From contig NC_043014.1 of assembly GCF_006345805.1 (NCBI RefSeq), positions 23,188,001-23,252,000 of the forward strand: DNA of 64,000 nt, given 5' to 3'. Below are positions 40,496 to 54,726 of this stretch, piece by piece. The first letter of the stretch is position 1. Each line of letters begins with the position of its first letter. This DNA is from Octopus sinensis (taxonomy: Eukaryota). Position numbers and translations under genes: made by a program. The notes beneath the pieces were generated by a model. That model did no database searches and was not told the origin of the DNA. It worked only from the letters and a program-made list of their open reading frames with translations.

Positions 40496-40561
40496 AGGCA
40501 CATTAAGTATTAGTGAAAGGAGGCAGAAATGAACCCCACTCCATTTCTTTTTGGCAGATAC

Positions 40562-40727
40562 TACATTAGTAGTAGTAGCAGCAGCAGTAGTAGTAGTAGT
40601 AGTACTACTACTACTACTAGTACTGATGATGATGATGTTAATGATGATAATAATATTAATAATCATAATAATAATAATAATAATGATGATAATAATAATC
40701 ATAATAATAATAATGATATTAATGATA
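40562..40727. repeat. Compound trinucleotide block (TAG/CAG/TAC/TGA/TAA)
   Basis: Direct reading. Confidence 0.9.
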
Positions 40728-42001
40728 ATTATCCTTTTTAATATAGGCACAAAGCCTGGAATTTGAGGGGAGGAGGATAGTCGATCACATCGACCCTAGT
40801 ACATGACTGGTACTTAATTTATTGACCCCAAAAAGAAGAAAGGCAAAGTTGACCTTGGTGAAATTTGAGCTCTGAACATAGCCGTGGGTGAAATACTGCT
40901 AAGCGTTTCACCTGGCGTGCTAACGATCCTGCCAGCTCACAGCCTTGATATTAGTAATAATAATAATAACTGTTTTTAATTTAAGCCAACAATTTTGAGT
41001 TCAAGACTGGTGCTACTTTATTTAATTGACACTTGAGAGATGAAAAGCGAAGTCAACCTCTGTGGGATATGAACTCAGGGTGTAAAGAGCCAGATGAAAT
41101 ACTGCAAAGCATTTTATGTTATTCAGTACTAACTTTTCTACCAATGCACTGCCCTAGTAGTGGTAATAACAGTAATGATTTATTTTATTGGCCATAAGGG
41201 TGCAAGGCATTGGGGTCAAAAGATGGTCAAATAACTGTAGAGGTTCCAGTCTTATTTCTTTGCTCATTCAGTAGCTTCATGATGATTTGTTTGCAATGCA
41301 GGGGCCTACCAGAAAGAATTTATTATTATATTGAGGCATTTCATTCCCCAATCCGAGGATCCCATGCCCCATCATGACCCTTGAATATTTTCAATTAGCA
41401 TGAATAAATGTCAGTTATTTAGTCAAGCACAAAGGGGTAGATTTAGGTTGGGGTTGGAGTGGATCAATGTGTTGGTGGTGGGTGTAAGGTATTGTAAGAT
41501 TCTGTTGTATATGAACAGATCTTGCTTGGTGTGTCTATATGAGTGACTGAGGAGAATATAGACTGCTTTAATAACCACCCCACCTCTATATTCTTAAATA
41601 GGTGTTTTAAGCATTGTGTGCGTATGTATGTGTATACGTATATATGGATGCATATGTGTGTTTGTTTGTGTGTGTGTGTGTGTAGTCTCTTGTTTCAGTC
41701 AGTGGATTATGGGCATATTGGGGTACAACCTTGAAGGTTTTAGTCAAACAAATCAACTCCTGTACTTAATTTTTATTTAAGTTTGGTACTTATTGATGTG
41801 AGACAAACACAGACACAAAGACATATATATATACATATATACATGATGGGCTCCCACAGTTTCCATCTACCAAATTCATTCACAAGGCAATGGTCAGCCC
41901 AGGACTATAGAAAAAGACACCCAAGATGCTGAATAGTGGTACTGAGCCCAACCCTCATGGTTGCAAAGCAAGCTTCTTAACCACACAGACATGCTTGTGC
42001 C

Positions 42002-42053
<52 letters not shown>

Positions 42054-43214
42054 TGTATATGAGAGGGAGATAGATATATGAATGTATATATATATGTAGT
42101 GAGCACATACATGTATACATCTGAATTCAACCCACAAAGAGTTTGTTGTTGTTGTTGATGATGAACCCCCGATCAAACAGACATGATGAAATGATTCCAT
42201 GGTGCCATTTTAGAATATATACAAACTCAAGTGCTTGATTCTTGCTTTAGTGATGGGATGCAAAACCAATAAATTTAGTCAGTGGTAAAGTTGAACCTTT
42301 TATATCATTCAGTATTCAGCAAATTTCATTATAAAATGACTATTTTTAAATCTCACAACGTGAGTTATTCAGCAACAGTACTTTGTAGTAAAGATTGTTT
42401 GCCAACATAACATGGCAGTCCTGGTTTAGGACGCATGTTGCTGTAATTTTCAAACAAGGGAATCTAGCACCCCTACGAAAATATAAGGACACAGATCATG
42501 TCATATAGCCAGCTGGAGACAATGTTTCCTGGGGCTAAATTACAGCAATATTCATCCTAAACTAGTACTGCCATGTTAAGATGGCAAACAATCTTTACTA
42601 CAAATTTCATTATCTTTTATCAGGAGTAATCTTTTTTTATCTCACTTTGTACCATTGTTCTGTTGATACTCTGCCTAGTAAAGACAAAGTGAAACAGACA
42701 AGAAAGCCAGATTCTTTTTCTGATAACACTGTTTTAAACAACATTATTGTGGTTTCAAGCATGGGTTCTTTTTTGTTGACTTGCAAATGATAAAAGTTAA
42801 GAGTTGAAGAAGAACTAATATCCTCATTATCCAATGTATTCTTTTCTAAGATGGTATGGTGTGATTTGAAGGAGATTTAGCTACAATTTCTAGCACCTAG
42901 GGGCATTTACAGCTTAATTAATATAAGGTTAAAGTAAGTTACTGTTAATATTCAAAATGTTGGCATATCTTTCTGCTTGTATGGTTTTTTTTTCTTTTAG
43001 TGACATAGCTGAGTAGTTCATGGAATAAAGCATTCACACATATATATACACATACATGAGGCATTTAACAAAATAGGAGCCTTTATGTGATCATGCAACC
43101 TGCTAGAAATTACAGCTAAATCTTCATCAATCAAACCCAAGTGTCTTTTTTAAAAAAGACACTAGTTCTAGATAAAACAAAAAAGACACAATGATCATGG
43201 GATCTTAGAGATAT

Positions 43215-44155
43215 TGGAAAACTACTGGAGTTTCATGAGGCAACTTTTTGATCAACAAATGACTTGTTTGTTCTGCACCACTGACTTCAGGAAACCAGCC
43301 AACCACCTGATCATCTATCAATTGGTGGGCACACAAGCCTGATTGATTACATTCTCATCAGAAAAGGGATAGACAGATGCTTGTGAAGAGTGTTAAACTC
43401 AACATAGGTTAGTGACTTCAGAGTTAGGGCTAGGTGAACTCAGTGGTGCAAACCTATCTCAAAAAGGAGGGATCCTTCAAACACTCAGAAATTTATAGAC
43501 GTTCTAACTGAAGAATTTGACTAGTATGGGGAGGAGATAGTAATGTTTAACTCACAGGACAACTAGAAGTTCTTATGTGACAATCTACCTAGAGCAGCTG
43601 ATCAAATCTATGGCTGGGGCAAAGTTTCAGCCAGACGAAGGGTGACATGATGGTGGAATAGTGAGGTAGACTGAGCTTGGAAAGAGTGGGAATAAGGATG
43701 ACATTATTCAACAAGAGCAAAAGTAAAAAGAGATCTGCCAGCATCTTATGGCATGAATTTCTGAGGTGTCAGGTGTTCTGGATTGCAAGACAGTGTATAA
43801 GAGAGAATCAAGTTGTGGGAGAGAAGTGTGTATGGATAGATAATGAAAAGCTTGTACTTACTGATTCTGAAAAGAAAGAGACATGGAAGTGCTACCTAGT
43901 GCAAATTATGGACACAAAAGGTGCTGTAGGAAGGTTCACAGAGAAAGTAGTCTTTGTGTGTGGAAGATGTGCAAGGGTAATAAATACTAAAGACACATGG
44001 GAAATATATTTTCTCAAATGCTCTGGAGGTTCCCTAGAGGTCATAAATGGTTTCAGTTACCTAATTAGCAGAAGAGGATGTTCTGAAAGTATAGTTGCTA
44101 GTATAAGAATATGATAGTAAATGTTCAGAGAACTGTTACCTCTGTTGGCTACAAA

Positions 44156-44230
<75 letters not shown>

Positions 44231-44620
44231 ATGCTTATGTACAAACACCAATGGTACATAGTATTGAGATATGAGCTGTGAATGCAGAGGACATGTGATA
44301 ATTAGGGAGATTGAAACTAGTATGCTCCATTGTATGTGCAACATCAGTGTACATGTATGGTAAAGTGCTGGAGTATTGAGAGATGTAGTGTGCAAGGGAG
44401 AAGTCTGCACTGGTTTGGTCATGTGATGCAAATTGACAAGGATAGCTACATAAAGAAGTACTGGTCACTTAAAGTGGAAGGTATTTATGAAAGAGGAAGG
44501 CCCAAGAAGACATGAAGTGTAGTAGTGGGGTTGATTTCAAGATGCTGAGCCTCTCAGAGGAGATGACAAAGGTATTACCAGGTTGGCAATTTGCAGTGCT
44601 CAATAAGACTGGCCATCATA
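43215..44620 (+). mobile_element. Old, decayed RTE LINE
   Basis: Remnants of FRKPANHLI, WWNSEVD, VFWIARQCIRENQVVGEKCV, FVCGRCA, WFGHVMQ, GRPKKT. Interrupted by (CT)n at 44160-44228. Confidence 0.75.
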
Positions 44621-46139
44621 GCAAAAAATGACATTCAAAAAGCATTTTGTTTATGCTTGTAACCCATTCTACTTCATCAAATATTCCTCACATTTCATTC
44701 CCCTAACACCCTGCCTTTCATCACGTCTCAGTGGCTGTAATCACTTGAGAGTAAAATTGGCACATACCACTCCTCCCTGCATTTTTCTTTGTACTACCAG
44801 TTACCTTCCCACTGCCAAAACCTTTTCACCTTTTATTCTCATGATCTAGCCCACCTCCAATCGTTTTCACCAATCACCTCCTTACTATGCCTTCAGTTAC
44901 CTCCCTTCTCTGCCATATTCCATATTAACACCTCACATATCTATCATTTTCAACACCTTTTCATATCCTCCATCAAACAAACCTCACTCACTATAGCCAC
45001 CTCTTACATTTCCCCCTCTATTGCTTTTACACTTTCCACATCATCCTCCCACCTTCTGATCTATCCTGTTTCCTCAGTCACTTCTCTCTCTCTCACTATT
45101 CCACCCCCTCATACTAATATTTCCCATCAAGTACATCTCTACCTTTGTTCATTACTAACAACATTCATCTCCATCCCCACTCCGCTGCCTTTAACTATCT
45201 GTTACTCTCCCTTCACACTCTCATATATCTTCCTCTCCTTCCCCCAATCCACAGTCTGTATCCTCCTTTCTGCTCACCTTGTACCTTGAGAGTTTGCTCT
45301 GTCACCCCATCATTGTCATCATTATCTTCTTCCCAGCTATTCTCAACCACCCTTACATAATGTTGGATAACCATATATATACATCCTCTATGTCAAAACT
45401 ACTGCGCTTGTCCCTCTATCATACTTTAGCCTCTCAAAATCTCCTCAGATCTTTGTTCCACTTAGTCATATGTCTTTCTGAGTTTTTTTTTTCTTCCTCC
45501 CCAACTCTTGTTCTTTTTCTGTCCTGCAAGTTAGCTGGCAACCTCACTAGTGCTAATGGCATTAGGAAGGACATCCAGTTCTAACAAGCCATACCCTATC
45601 AAATTGTTCAACCCATGGAAAATGGATGTTAAATTAATAATAATAACAACGATGATGATGATATAGGGGAGGAGGAGGATGCTGATAGTGATGGCAACAG
45701 GAGTGATGACTTTTTGTTTATATAGGTGATGTAGAATTTGCTGAGAAAAAGAAAAAAAAAACTAAAACAGGCTATACAAATATTTTTTTTAATACTAATG
45801 TGTGTGACACCGCCCATACTAAAGTGTTGATATCTAAATTAAAATTGTTGTTAAAGTCTCATTACAGTATGTGTGATACTACGAAATTCAGTTGATCAAC
45901 ACAAACATGATGCATGTATAATGTTACAAATCTTTTGCTAAATCCCTCCAAAATTTTGATTATATTGAATAGTCATTAGAAATATGGTTATGTAAAAGTT
46001 AAGGGTTCTCAACTTTTTCTAACTTAGCAACTCCCTTTCACAAAAATGTTTTTGAAAAACCCCTCCTCCATCCTATATTTTACCAAAAAAAAAATTTTAA
46101 ACAAACAGAAGCTAATTTTGTTGATAGTTGATAAACTCA

Positions 46140-46720
46140 ATACCTTTTGCATCCCCCAAAACTGAGGCTATCACCTTCCCTGCCGATGAAATGACCATGT
46201 CCTTCTTTGGAGCATGTGAGTGGAGAAGGATGTTTCCACTGCACAGATTGTCTTTTTGTCTCTGGCTCAAAGTGATGAAGACAACACTCATCCTGGCTTA
46301 AGAAATGTTCAAGGAAACCAGCTGGATCTGTCAGATTTTCCCATGCTGGGATCAGCCTGATGCACTTTTGATCAGATGTCAGAAAACGTGGTACCCACCA
46401 AGCAAAAATCTTCATCATGTAAGTTCATTGTGCAAAATATTCGCAACTCTCTAAAAGAATATAGTAATAGCATTGGCTATTTGTTTTATAGACAATTACC
46501 TGTCATCCATCACCATGTGGTGAACATAATCAATATTTTTTCAGCTGTGACAATTGCAGGATGTCTAAACGTTGGGTCATCTTTAACACTCCCACTTCCC
46601 CTCCTAAATTCAGCTTCCCAATTTCAAACTGTTGATAAAGCTGAAGTGTCATCCCTTAATGTAGTAACCATGTTGGCATCAATATCCTCGAGGTCTAAAC
46701 CCTTTTTCTGCTAAATTTGC
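46140..46720 (-). pseudogene. Second mariner transposase remnant
   Basis: KIFAWWVPRFLTSDQK, FLSQDECCLHHFEPETKRQSVQWKHP. Confidence 0.8.
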
Positions 46721-49067
46721 TGCTTTTTCATGAGGAGTCACTACTAGGTATTTTTGAAGTCTTCTTTGAACAGTCAGATGCCAGTTTATCTGGAAAGAAA
46801 TAACGCAGTTTTTAATAGAGTTGAAATTAATACAAGATTTCACAGGTCTAGCATCACTATTTCATAGTCAGCCTATGAACTTTTCAGCCCATCTTTGTAT
46901 ATTAGAAAATGACGTGTCTCAAATATAAGTATTGTACCTAATTTACATATTTCGTTAAGAATTTACACATCCCATCTAAAAATCCTTTGACAATTGCTGT
47001 CACCTTGTGAGGTCACAATAACCTCAAGGGGATGCTTCTGTCCAGCATGCACCATACACACCCCCATTCAGAGAGAAAGTGACATCTATCTTCTTGATTC
47101 AAGTTTTGTTACTGGTTCAAGGTTATTTATTGGCTCAGTTTTCTTACAGGTTCAGGTTTACTTGCTCACTCAAATGAGTGAGCAAGTAAGCTTCAGTCAG
47201 TTGAACTCAGCTCAGTTGAAGACAAAATTTAATATGTAATAAATGAGAATATATGAAAAAGGGTAGTTCCACAGAAAAATTCCTTTTCTTTTTTAAGGAA
47301 AGGACTGATTGTACTTGGAGTTTGACTATATAGATGAACTATAGAGAGACAGATATAGCTTTCTGTCAAATATGTTTTAAAATAGTACTTTCAGAAGACT
47401 TGTCAACACACAATTTGCAAACACATCACTATTCAATAGTTGTATATCTTAATTCAAATTCTAGCCTTATGTTTTCTTAGCAAAAGAAAAAGAAACCCCA
47501 AAAAACTCTGATCTAAAACAAATTTTACTGCTTCAAGAGAAGAAAAAGAAAAGAAAAATGTTATAAAACCATAGATTCTGGTTCTAAAGAGAAATCCCAA
47601 ATCTCTTTGATGCAGATTTGATTGTATTAGTCATATGTCATTCTGCAGTAAAGGTCATCAGAGACAGATTGTTCTGACAAGTTAGTCATTGCATATTAAT
47701 CATGACATCTAGATGAAATAAGATTCCTAAGATGAAGTGTTATGTGAAAAGAGAAGACAAGTGAAGGAAAATGTGAGAAAGAAGAGAAATGGAGTAGGGG
47801 AAAGAATGGGTTTAGTCTGAGTCTGTCTTATCATTGCTCAACTAGGTTAAGACAGACTTCTTTGTATAACAACTATCGACATGAGATCAGAGATGATAGG
47901 AGCTGAAATAGATGTAGGACAGGTACTTTGGGTGAGAGATTTCTTTTAGATTTTCAGTGTTGAAATTACAAAAGTTTTAGAATAAACTGTTGAATAAATA
48001 ACTGTATTAGAAAAATGACTGATGGGGTTTTATAATCCATCTTAGATGATTATTATCCTTTTTTCCTTTTTCTGTTTTGCTAATACAAGCAACAGTGCAA
48101 CATGGTTGGACTATTGGAAGCTGGTAATCAACACTAATTGTTAAATTCTTTTGAAACAATTTATCAGATTATATTTTATTTTATCTTCAGATCATAATTT
48201 TTCTAATTTTCTTATTTCTTCAGAAATAAGACACCTGATGATAGATGGAGATCACACTGATCAAAAACATAACATAGATCAATCATGGAATAATTACCTT
48301 TTATTTGCATAAAAACTGCAGCTGAATGAGATATCATTGGCACAGTGAGGGGGGAGAGTTTGCAGTATCATGCCTCCTTACTAACATGAGTTACATTATG
48401 ACAAGGATTAAGTCCCAAGTATATAAAAAAAAAAAAATTCTAAAGCCTGCATCATTTCTCTGAGTTGGTCTTGCACTTTATTTTGCACTGTATCAGAAGT
48501 ACATATTTTCTTTTTAAGCCAGGTACTTATTCTATAGGCCTCTTTTGCAGAAATGTTAAGTTACGGAGACATAAACACACCAACACCAGTTGAGAAGAAG
48601 TGATGGAGGACAAATACTGGCAAAAAGACTTTCTCTCTTTCTCACACACCCACTGACAGTTTTCTTTCAGTTTCTGTCAACCCAATCCACTCACAAAGTT
48701 TTATTTGGCCCAGTACACCTACTCAAGAGGCTGCACATCAGGACTAATCATAAGGCCACATGCTTGTGAAGAAGACTTCTTTACCACACAGCTATGCTTG
48801 CATCTATATAATATATATGTATGCCTGTACTACATAAGATGCCCTCATGCCTGTGGCACGTAACATGCACTTGCACAGGTACCACATAAAAACAATCATG
48901 CTGCCAGCAAGTAAAAACCACTCAGCACATTCTGTAAAAGGGTTGACATTAGGTAGGGCATCCAGATGTAGAAATCATACCAGAACAGACAATTGGGGCT
49001 GGCCAGCTCCTGTCAAACCATCCAACCCATGCCAGCATGGAGAATGGATGTTGAACGATGATGATTC

Positions 49068-49108
<41 letters not shown>

Positions 49109-49532
49109 TATATATATATATAATCATCATTATTACTATCATCAATTGATGTCTGTTTTCCATGCTGGTATGGGTTGTAGGGTTGCATGCCATTCCTAGT
49201 GCCAAGCACTTTATTGCATGCATTGGGTGCTTTATTTGTATCAATCATACCAGTGAGCTTGTCAAGTGACTTGCAAGACAGGAACTGAATGTATATCTCC
49301 AGCTAGCCAGGCATCTTCTCCTCGCAGTAATTTTGGGAGAAATGTGGGGGTAGAATCCTCAGGCACTTCCTTTGTAAGGACCTATAAGGCGCAACTGTCA
49401 TGATATTTTTTACTATTCCCAGGCTTGACCAACTGAGACTGGATATTATCAAACTTTCTTATATTGGTCTACTCCTACTTCTTAGCTCGGCATGTACACA
49501 CACACAATATGTGTGTGTATATATATATATAT

Positions 49533-52500
49533 ATCGAGTACAGTGAAGAATTCCGGGTAGAGGTTGGGGTCCACCAAGGTTCAGTCCTCAGCCCCCTCCT
49601 ATTTATCATAGTCCTCCAGGCAATAACGGAAGAATTTAAGACAGGATGCCCCTGGGAGCTCCTATATGCTGATGACCTTGCTCTAATTGCTGAGTCACTA
49701 TCAGAACTGGAGGAGAAGTTTCAGGTGTGGAAACAAGGATTAGAATCGAAGGGCCTTAGAATCAACCTAGCCAAAACCAAAGTCCTAATAAGTAGGAAGG
49801 TGGACCAACCACAAACGACTTCAGGTAGATGGCCCTGCTCGATCTGTAAAAAAGGTGTAGGTAGAAACTCTATAAGGTGCACCAAGTGTAAGCTATGGAC
49901 ACATAAGAGGTGCAGCAATGTCAAAGGAAGGCTAACTAAGAAAATAGTTTTTGTCTGTGGCAGATGCTCAGGAGAAATAAACACTGGAAATGTGCAGAGA
50001 CCAACTTCTACCACGTTCCAGGGAGACAAACTAGAAGTAGTTGATAGCTTCCGCTACCTAGGAGACCAAGTCAGTAGCGGGGGTGGTGTGCTGAAAGTGT
50101 AACTGCTAGAGTAAGAATAGCCTGGGCAAAGTTTAGAGAGCTCTTACCCCTGCTGGTGACAAAAGGCCTCTCGCTAAGAGTAAAAGGCAGACTATATGAT
50201 GCGTGTGTACGTAAAGCCATGCTACATGGTAGTGAAACATGGGCCGTGACAGCTGAGGATATGCGTAAGCTTGCAAGAAATGAAGCCAGTATGCTCCGAT
50301 GGATGTGTAATGTCAGTGTTCATAATCGTCAGAGTGTAAGTACTTTGAGAGAAAAGTTGAACCTAAGAAGTGTCAGTTGTGGTGTGCAAGAGAGACGGCT
50401 GCGCTGGTATGGTCATGTGACGAGAATGGCTGAAGATAGTTGTGTGCAAAAGTGCTACACCCTAGCAGTTGAGGGAACCTGTGGAAGAGGTAGACCCAGG
50501 AAAACCTGGGACGAGGTGGTGAAGCACGACCTTCGAACTTTAGGTCTCACCAAGGAAATGACTGAAGACCGAGTCCTATGGAAGTGTGCTGTGCATGAGA
50601 GGACCCGGCAGGACTAGTCAGGCCATATCCCGTGGCCCCTACCTGGGACGTAGTCGATCCACCTGTGCATACCTTCCTTCTTGTGACACTTGTGAAGACC
50701 TGCTGAGGCAAGTGAAAATCAATCAAAATAGATGAACATCAATGGAATTTGTATCTTTGTGGTACCAGTGCCTGTGGCACACAAGAAAACCATCCGAACG
50801 TGGCCGTAGCCAGTACCGCATCGACTGGCCTCCGTGCTGTGGGAACATGGTGGCACATAAAAACACCATCCGAAGACCCGGCAAGACTAGTCAGGTCATA
50901 ACCCGTGGGCCCTACCTGGGACGTAGTCAGTCCACCTGTACATACCTTCCTTCATGTGACACTTGTGAAGACCTGCTGAGGCAAGTGAAAATCAAAATCA
51001 AATCAAAACAAATCAAAATAGATGAACATCAATGGAATTTGTATCCTTGTGGTACCAGTGCCGGTGGCACACAAGAATCCATCCGAACGTGGCCGTAGTC
51101 AGTACCGCTTGTGGTACCAGTGCCGGTGGCACACAAGAATCCATCCGAACGTGGCCGTAGTCAGTACCGCTTGTGGTACCAGTGCCGGTGGCACACAAGA
51201 ATCCATCCGAACGTGGCCGTAGTCAGTACCGCATCACTGGCCATCGTGCTGTGGGCACATAACAAACACCATCCGTCGTGGCCGTTCGCCAGCCTCATCT
51301 AGCACCTGTGTCGGTGGCACATAAAAAGTAGTCAGTACCGCTTGTGGTACCAGTGCCGGTGGCACACAAGAATCCATCCGAACATGGCCGTAGTCAGTAC
51401 CGCATCACTGGCCATCGTGCTGTGAGCACATAACAAACACCATCCGGTCGTGGCCGTTCGCCAGCCTCATCTAGCACCTGTGTCGGTGGCACATAAAAAC
51501 ACCTTCCGAAGACCCGGCAAGACTAGTCAGGCCATAAACCATGGCCCCTACCTGGGACGTAGTCAGTCCACCTGTGTATACCTTCCTCCTTGTGATACTT
51601 GTGAAGGCCTGTTGAGGCAAGTGAAAATCAAAATCAAATCAAAACAAATCAAAATAGATGAACATCAATGGAATTTGTATCTTTGTGGTACCAGTGCCGG
51701 TGGCACACAAGAGAAAACCATCCGAAAGTGGCCGTAGCCAGTACCGCATCGACTGGTCTCCGTGCTGTGGGCACATGACAAACACCATCCGATCGTGGCC
51801 GTTCGCCAGCCTCATCTAGCACCTGTGTCGGTGGCACATAAAAACACCATCCGAAGACCCGGCAAGACTAGTCAGGCCATAACCCATGGCCCCTACCTGG
51901 GACGTAGTCAGTCCACCTGTGCATACCTTCCTTCTTGTGACACTTGTGAAGACCTGTTGAGGCAAGTGAAAATCAAATCAAAACAAATCAAAATAGATGA
52001 ACATCAATGGAATCTGTATCTTTGTGGTACCAGTGCCGGTGGCACACACTTTGTGGTACCAGTGCCGGTGGCACACAAGAGAACCATCCGAACGTGGCCG
52101 TAGCCAGTTCCGCATCGACCGGCCTCCGTGCTGTGGGCACGTAACAAACACCATCCGATCATGGCCGTTCGCCAGCCTCATCTGGCACCTGTGTCGGTGG
52201 CACATAAAAACACCTTCCGAAGACCCGGCAAGACTAGTCAGTCCACCTGTGCATACCTTCCTTCTTGTGACACTTGTGAAGACCGGTTGAGGCAAGTGAA
52301 AATCAAATCAAATCAAAATAGACAAAATAGATGAACATCAATGGAATTTGTATCCTGTGGTACCAGTGCCTGTGGAACACAAGAAATCCATCAGTGCGGT
52401 GGGCACATGACAAACACCATCCGATCGTGGCCGTTCGCCAGCCTCATCTAGCACCTGTGTCGGTGGCACATAAAAACACCATCCGAGCGTGGCCGTCTGC

Positions 52501-52838
52501 CAGCCTCGTCTGGCACCTGTATCGGTGGCACATAAAAACACCATCCGAGCGTGGCCGTCTGCCAGCCTCGTCTGGCACCTGTGTCAGTGGCACATAAAAA
52601 ACACCATCCGAGCGTGGCCGTTTGCCAGCCTCGTCTGGCACCTGTGTCAGTGGCACATAAAATCACCCACTACACTCTCGGAGTGGTTGGCGTTAGGAAG
52701 GGCATCCAGCTGTAGAAACACTGCCAGATCTGACTGGACTGGTGCAGCTTTCGGGCTCCCCAGACCCCAGTTGAACCGTCCAACCCATGCTAGCATGGAA
52801 AGCGGACGTTAAATGATGATGATGATGATGATGATGAT
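49533..52838 (+). mobile_element. 5'-truncated RTE LINE (RT C-half) with an expanded repetitive 3' UTR and (TGA)n tail
   Basis: VGVHQGSVLSPLLF, LLYADDL, INLAKTK, WPCSICKKGVG..C..C, FRYLGD, LRWYGHVTRM, RGRPRKTW, stop at 50617. Modular repeats 50620-52660. Confidence 0.93.
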
Positions 52839-52956
52839 ATATATACATACTCATATATATACACTCACACACACATATATATATATGTGTGTGTATATAT
52901 ATATATACATACACATATATATATACATACATATATGTATATATATATACATATAT

Positions 52957-53004
<48 letters not shown>

Positions 53005-53259
53005 CATATATATACATATACATATATATACATTTATATATATATACATATACATATATTTATACATATATATATATATATACATATATATATAGTGACG
53101 TATTTTTGCCATTTCAATATGGCTAACCCCTAAGGGTGGATGCTACTGTAGTTTTTAGCCCCAGGAGGACACACTCCTCCAGCTGGCCATAGACACACTA
53201 TCTGTGTCCTGTCAGTATTTGCAAAGGGAAGTCATCCTTCCCGTCTTCAACTTATGATA

Positions 53260-53304
53260 CACACGGACTCGAGTTTCGAGGTATTGACCTCTCGTCAGCG
53301 TGTG
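53260..53304 (-). ncRNA. Type I hammerhead ribozyme (array copy 1)
   Basis: CACACG CTGACGA GAGGT-CAAT-ACCTC GAAAC TCGA GTC CGTGTG: complete canonical core, 6-bp stem I, 5-bp stem II, GUC cleavage triplet. Confidence 0.93.
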
Positions 53305-53611
53305 ACAATCATAGTTGTCGCCGAGATTAGATTTCCTTCACAAATACTTATACTTTTTCCAGCGCCCACTGTCGCTGATATTGAAAAAGTGAAATCAAAC
53401 AATGATAAATATCAAAGTGAGTTATATACAGTAGCGGTAACACATCGTGACGTATTTTTGCCATTTCAATATGGCTAACCCCTAAGGGTGGATGCTACTG
53501 TAGTTTTTAGCCCCAGGAGGACACACTCCTCCAGCTGGCCATAGACACACTATCTGTGTCCTGTCAGTATTTGCAAAGGGAAGTCATCCTTCCCGTCTTC
53601 AACTTATGATA

Positions 53612-53656
53612 CACACGGACTCGAGTTTCGAGGTATTGACCTCTCGTCAGCGTGTG
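53612..53656 (-). ncRNA. Type I hammerhead ribozyme (array copy 2)
   Basis: Identical to copy 1. Confidence 0.93.
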
Positions 53657-53964
53657 ACAATCATAGTTGTCGCCGAGAATTAGATTTCCTTCACAAATAC
53701 TTATACTTTTTCCAGCGCCCACTGTCGCTGATATTGAAAAAGTGAAATCAAACAATGATAAATATCAAAGTGAGTTATATACAGTAGCGGTAACACATCG
53801 TGACGTATTTTTGCCATTTCAATATGGCTAACCCCTAAGGGTGGATGCTACTGTAGTTTTTAGCCCCAGGAGGACACACTCCTCCAGCTGGCCATAGACA
53901 CACTATCTGTGTCCTGTCAGTATTTGCAAAGGGAAGTCATCCTTCCCGTCTTCAACTTATGATA

Positions 53965-54009
53965 CACACGGACTCGAGTTTCGAGGTATTGACCTCTCGT
54001 CAGCGTGTG
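53965..54009 (-). ncRNA. Type I hammerhead ribozyme (array copy 3)
   Basis: Identical to copy 1. Confidence 0.93.
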
Positions 54010-54118
54010 ACAATCATAGTTGTCGCCGAGAATTAGATTTCCTTCACAAATACTTATACTTTTTCCAGCGCCCACTGTCGCTGATATTGAAAAAGTGAAA
54101 TCAAACAATGATAAATAT

Positions 54119-54161
54119 CACGCTGACGAGAAGTCAATACCTCGAAACTCGAGTCCGTGTG
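54119..54161 (+). ncRNA. Type I hammerhead ribozyme (array copy 4, at the inversion junction)
   Basis: Same motif, with stem I shortened to 4 bp by the junction and a G>A change at 54132 in stem II. Confidence 0.8.
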
Positions 54162-54469
54162 TATCATAAGTTGAAGATGGGAAGGATGACTTCCCTTTGC
54201 AAATACTGACAGGACACAGATAGTGTGTCTATGGCCAGCTGGAGGAGTGTGTCCTCCTGGGGCTAAAAACTACAGTAGCATCCACCCTTAGGGGTTAGCC
54301 ATATTGAAATGGCAAAAATACGTCACGATGTGTTACCGCTACTGTATATAACTCACTTTGATATTTATCATTGTTTGATTTCACTTTTTCAATATCAGCG
54401 ACAGTGGGCGCTGGAAAAAGTATAAGTATTTGTGAAGGAAATCTAATTCTCGGCGACAACTATGATTGT

Positions 54470-54514
54470 CACACGCTGACGAGAGGTCAATACCTCGAAA
54501 CTCGAGTCCGTGTG
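54470..54514 (+). ncRNA. Type I hammerhead ribozyme (array copy 5)
   Basis: Identical to copy 1. Predicted cleavage after 54508, exactly 353 nt from the copy-4 site after 54155. Confidence 0.93.
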
Positions 54515-54726
54515 TATCATAAGTTGAAGACGGGAAGGATGACTTCCCTTTGCAAATACTGACAGGACACAGATAGTGTGTCTATGGCCAGCTGGAGGAG
54601 TGTGTCCTCCTGGGGCTAAAAACTACAGTAGCATCCACCCTTAGGGGTTAGCCATATTGAAATGGCAAAAATACGTCACGATGTGTTACCGCTACTGTAT
54701 ATAACTCACTTTGATATTTATCATTG

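Noticed and set aside
50700-52660. Regularly spaced palindromic repeats resembling a CRISPR array
   Set aside because: The inter-repeat segments are themselves repeated, the context is a eukaryotic LINE 3' UTR, and there are no cas genes.
54371-54562. 63-aa ORF repeated in each 353-bp unit
   Set aside because: It starts at TTG, runs through the ribozyme cleavage site and has no recognisable motif. It is repeated only because the unit is.
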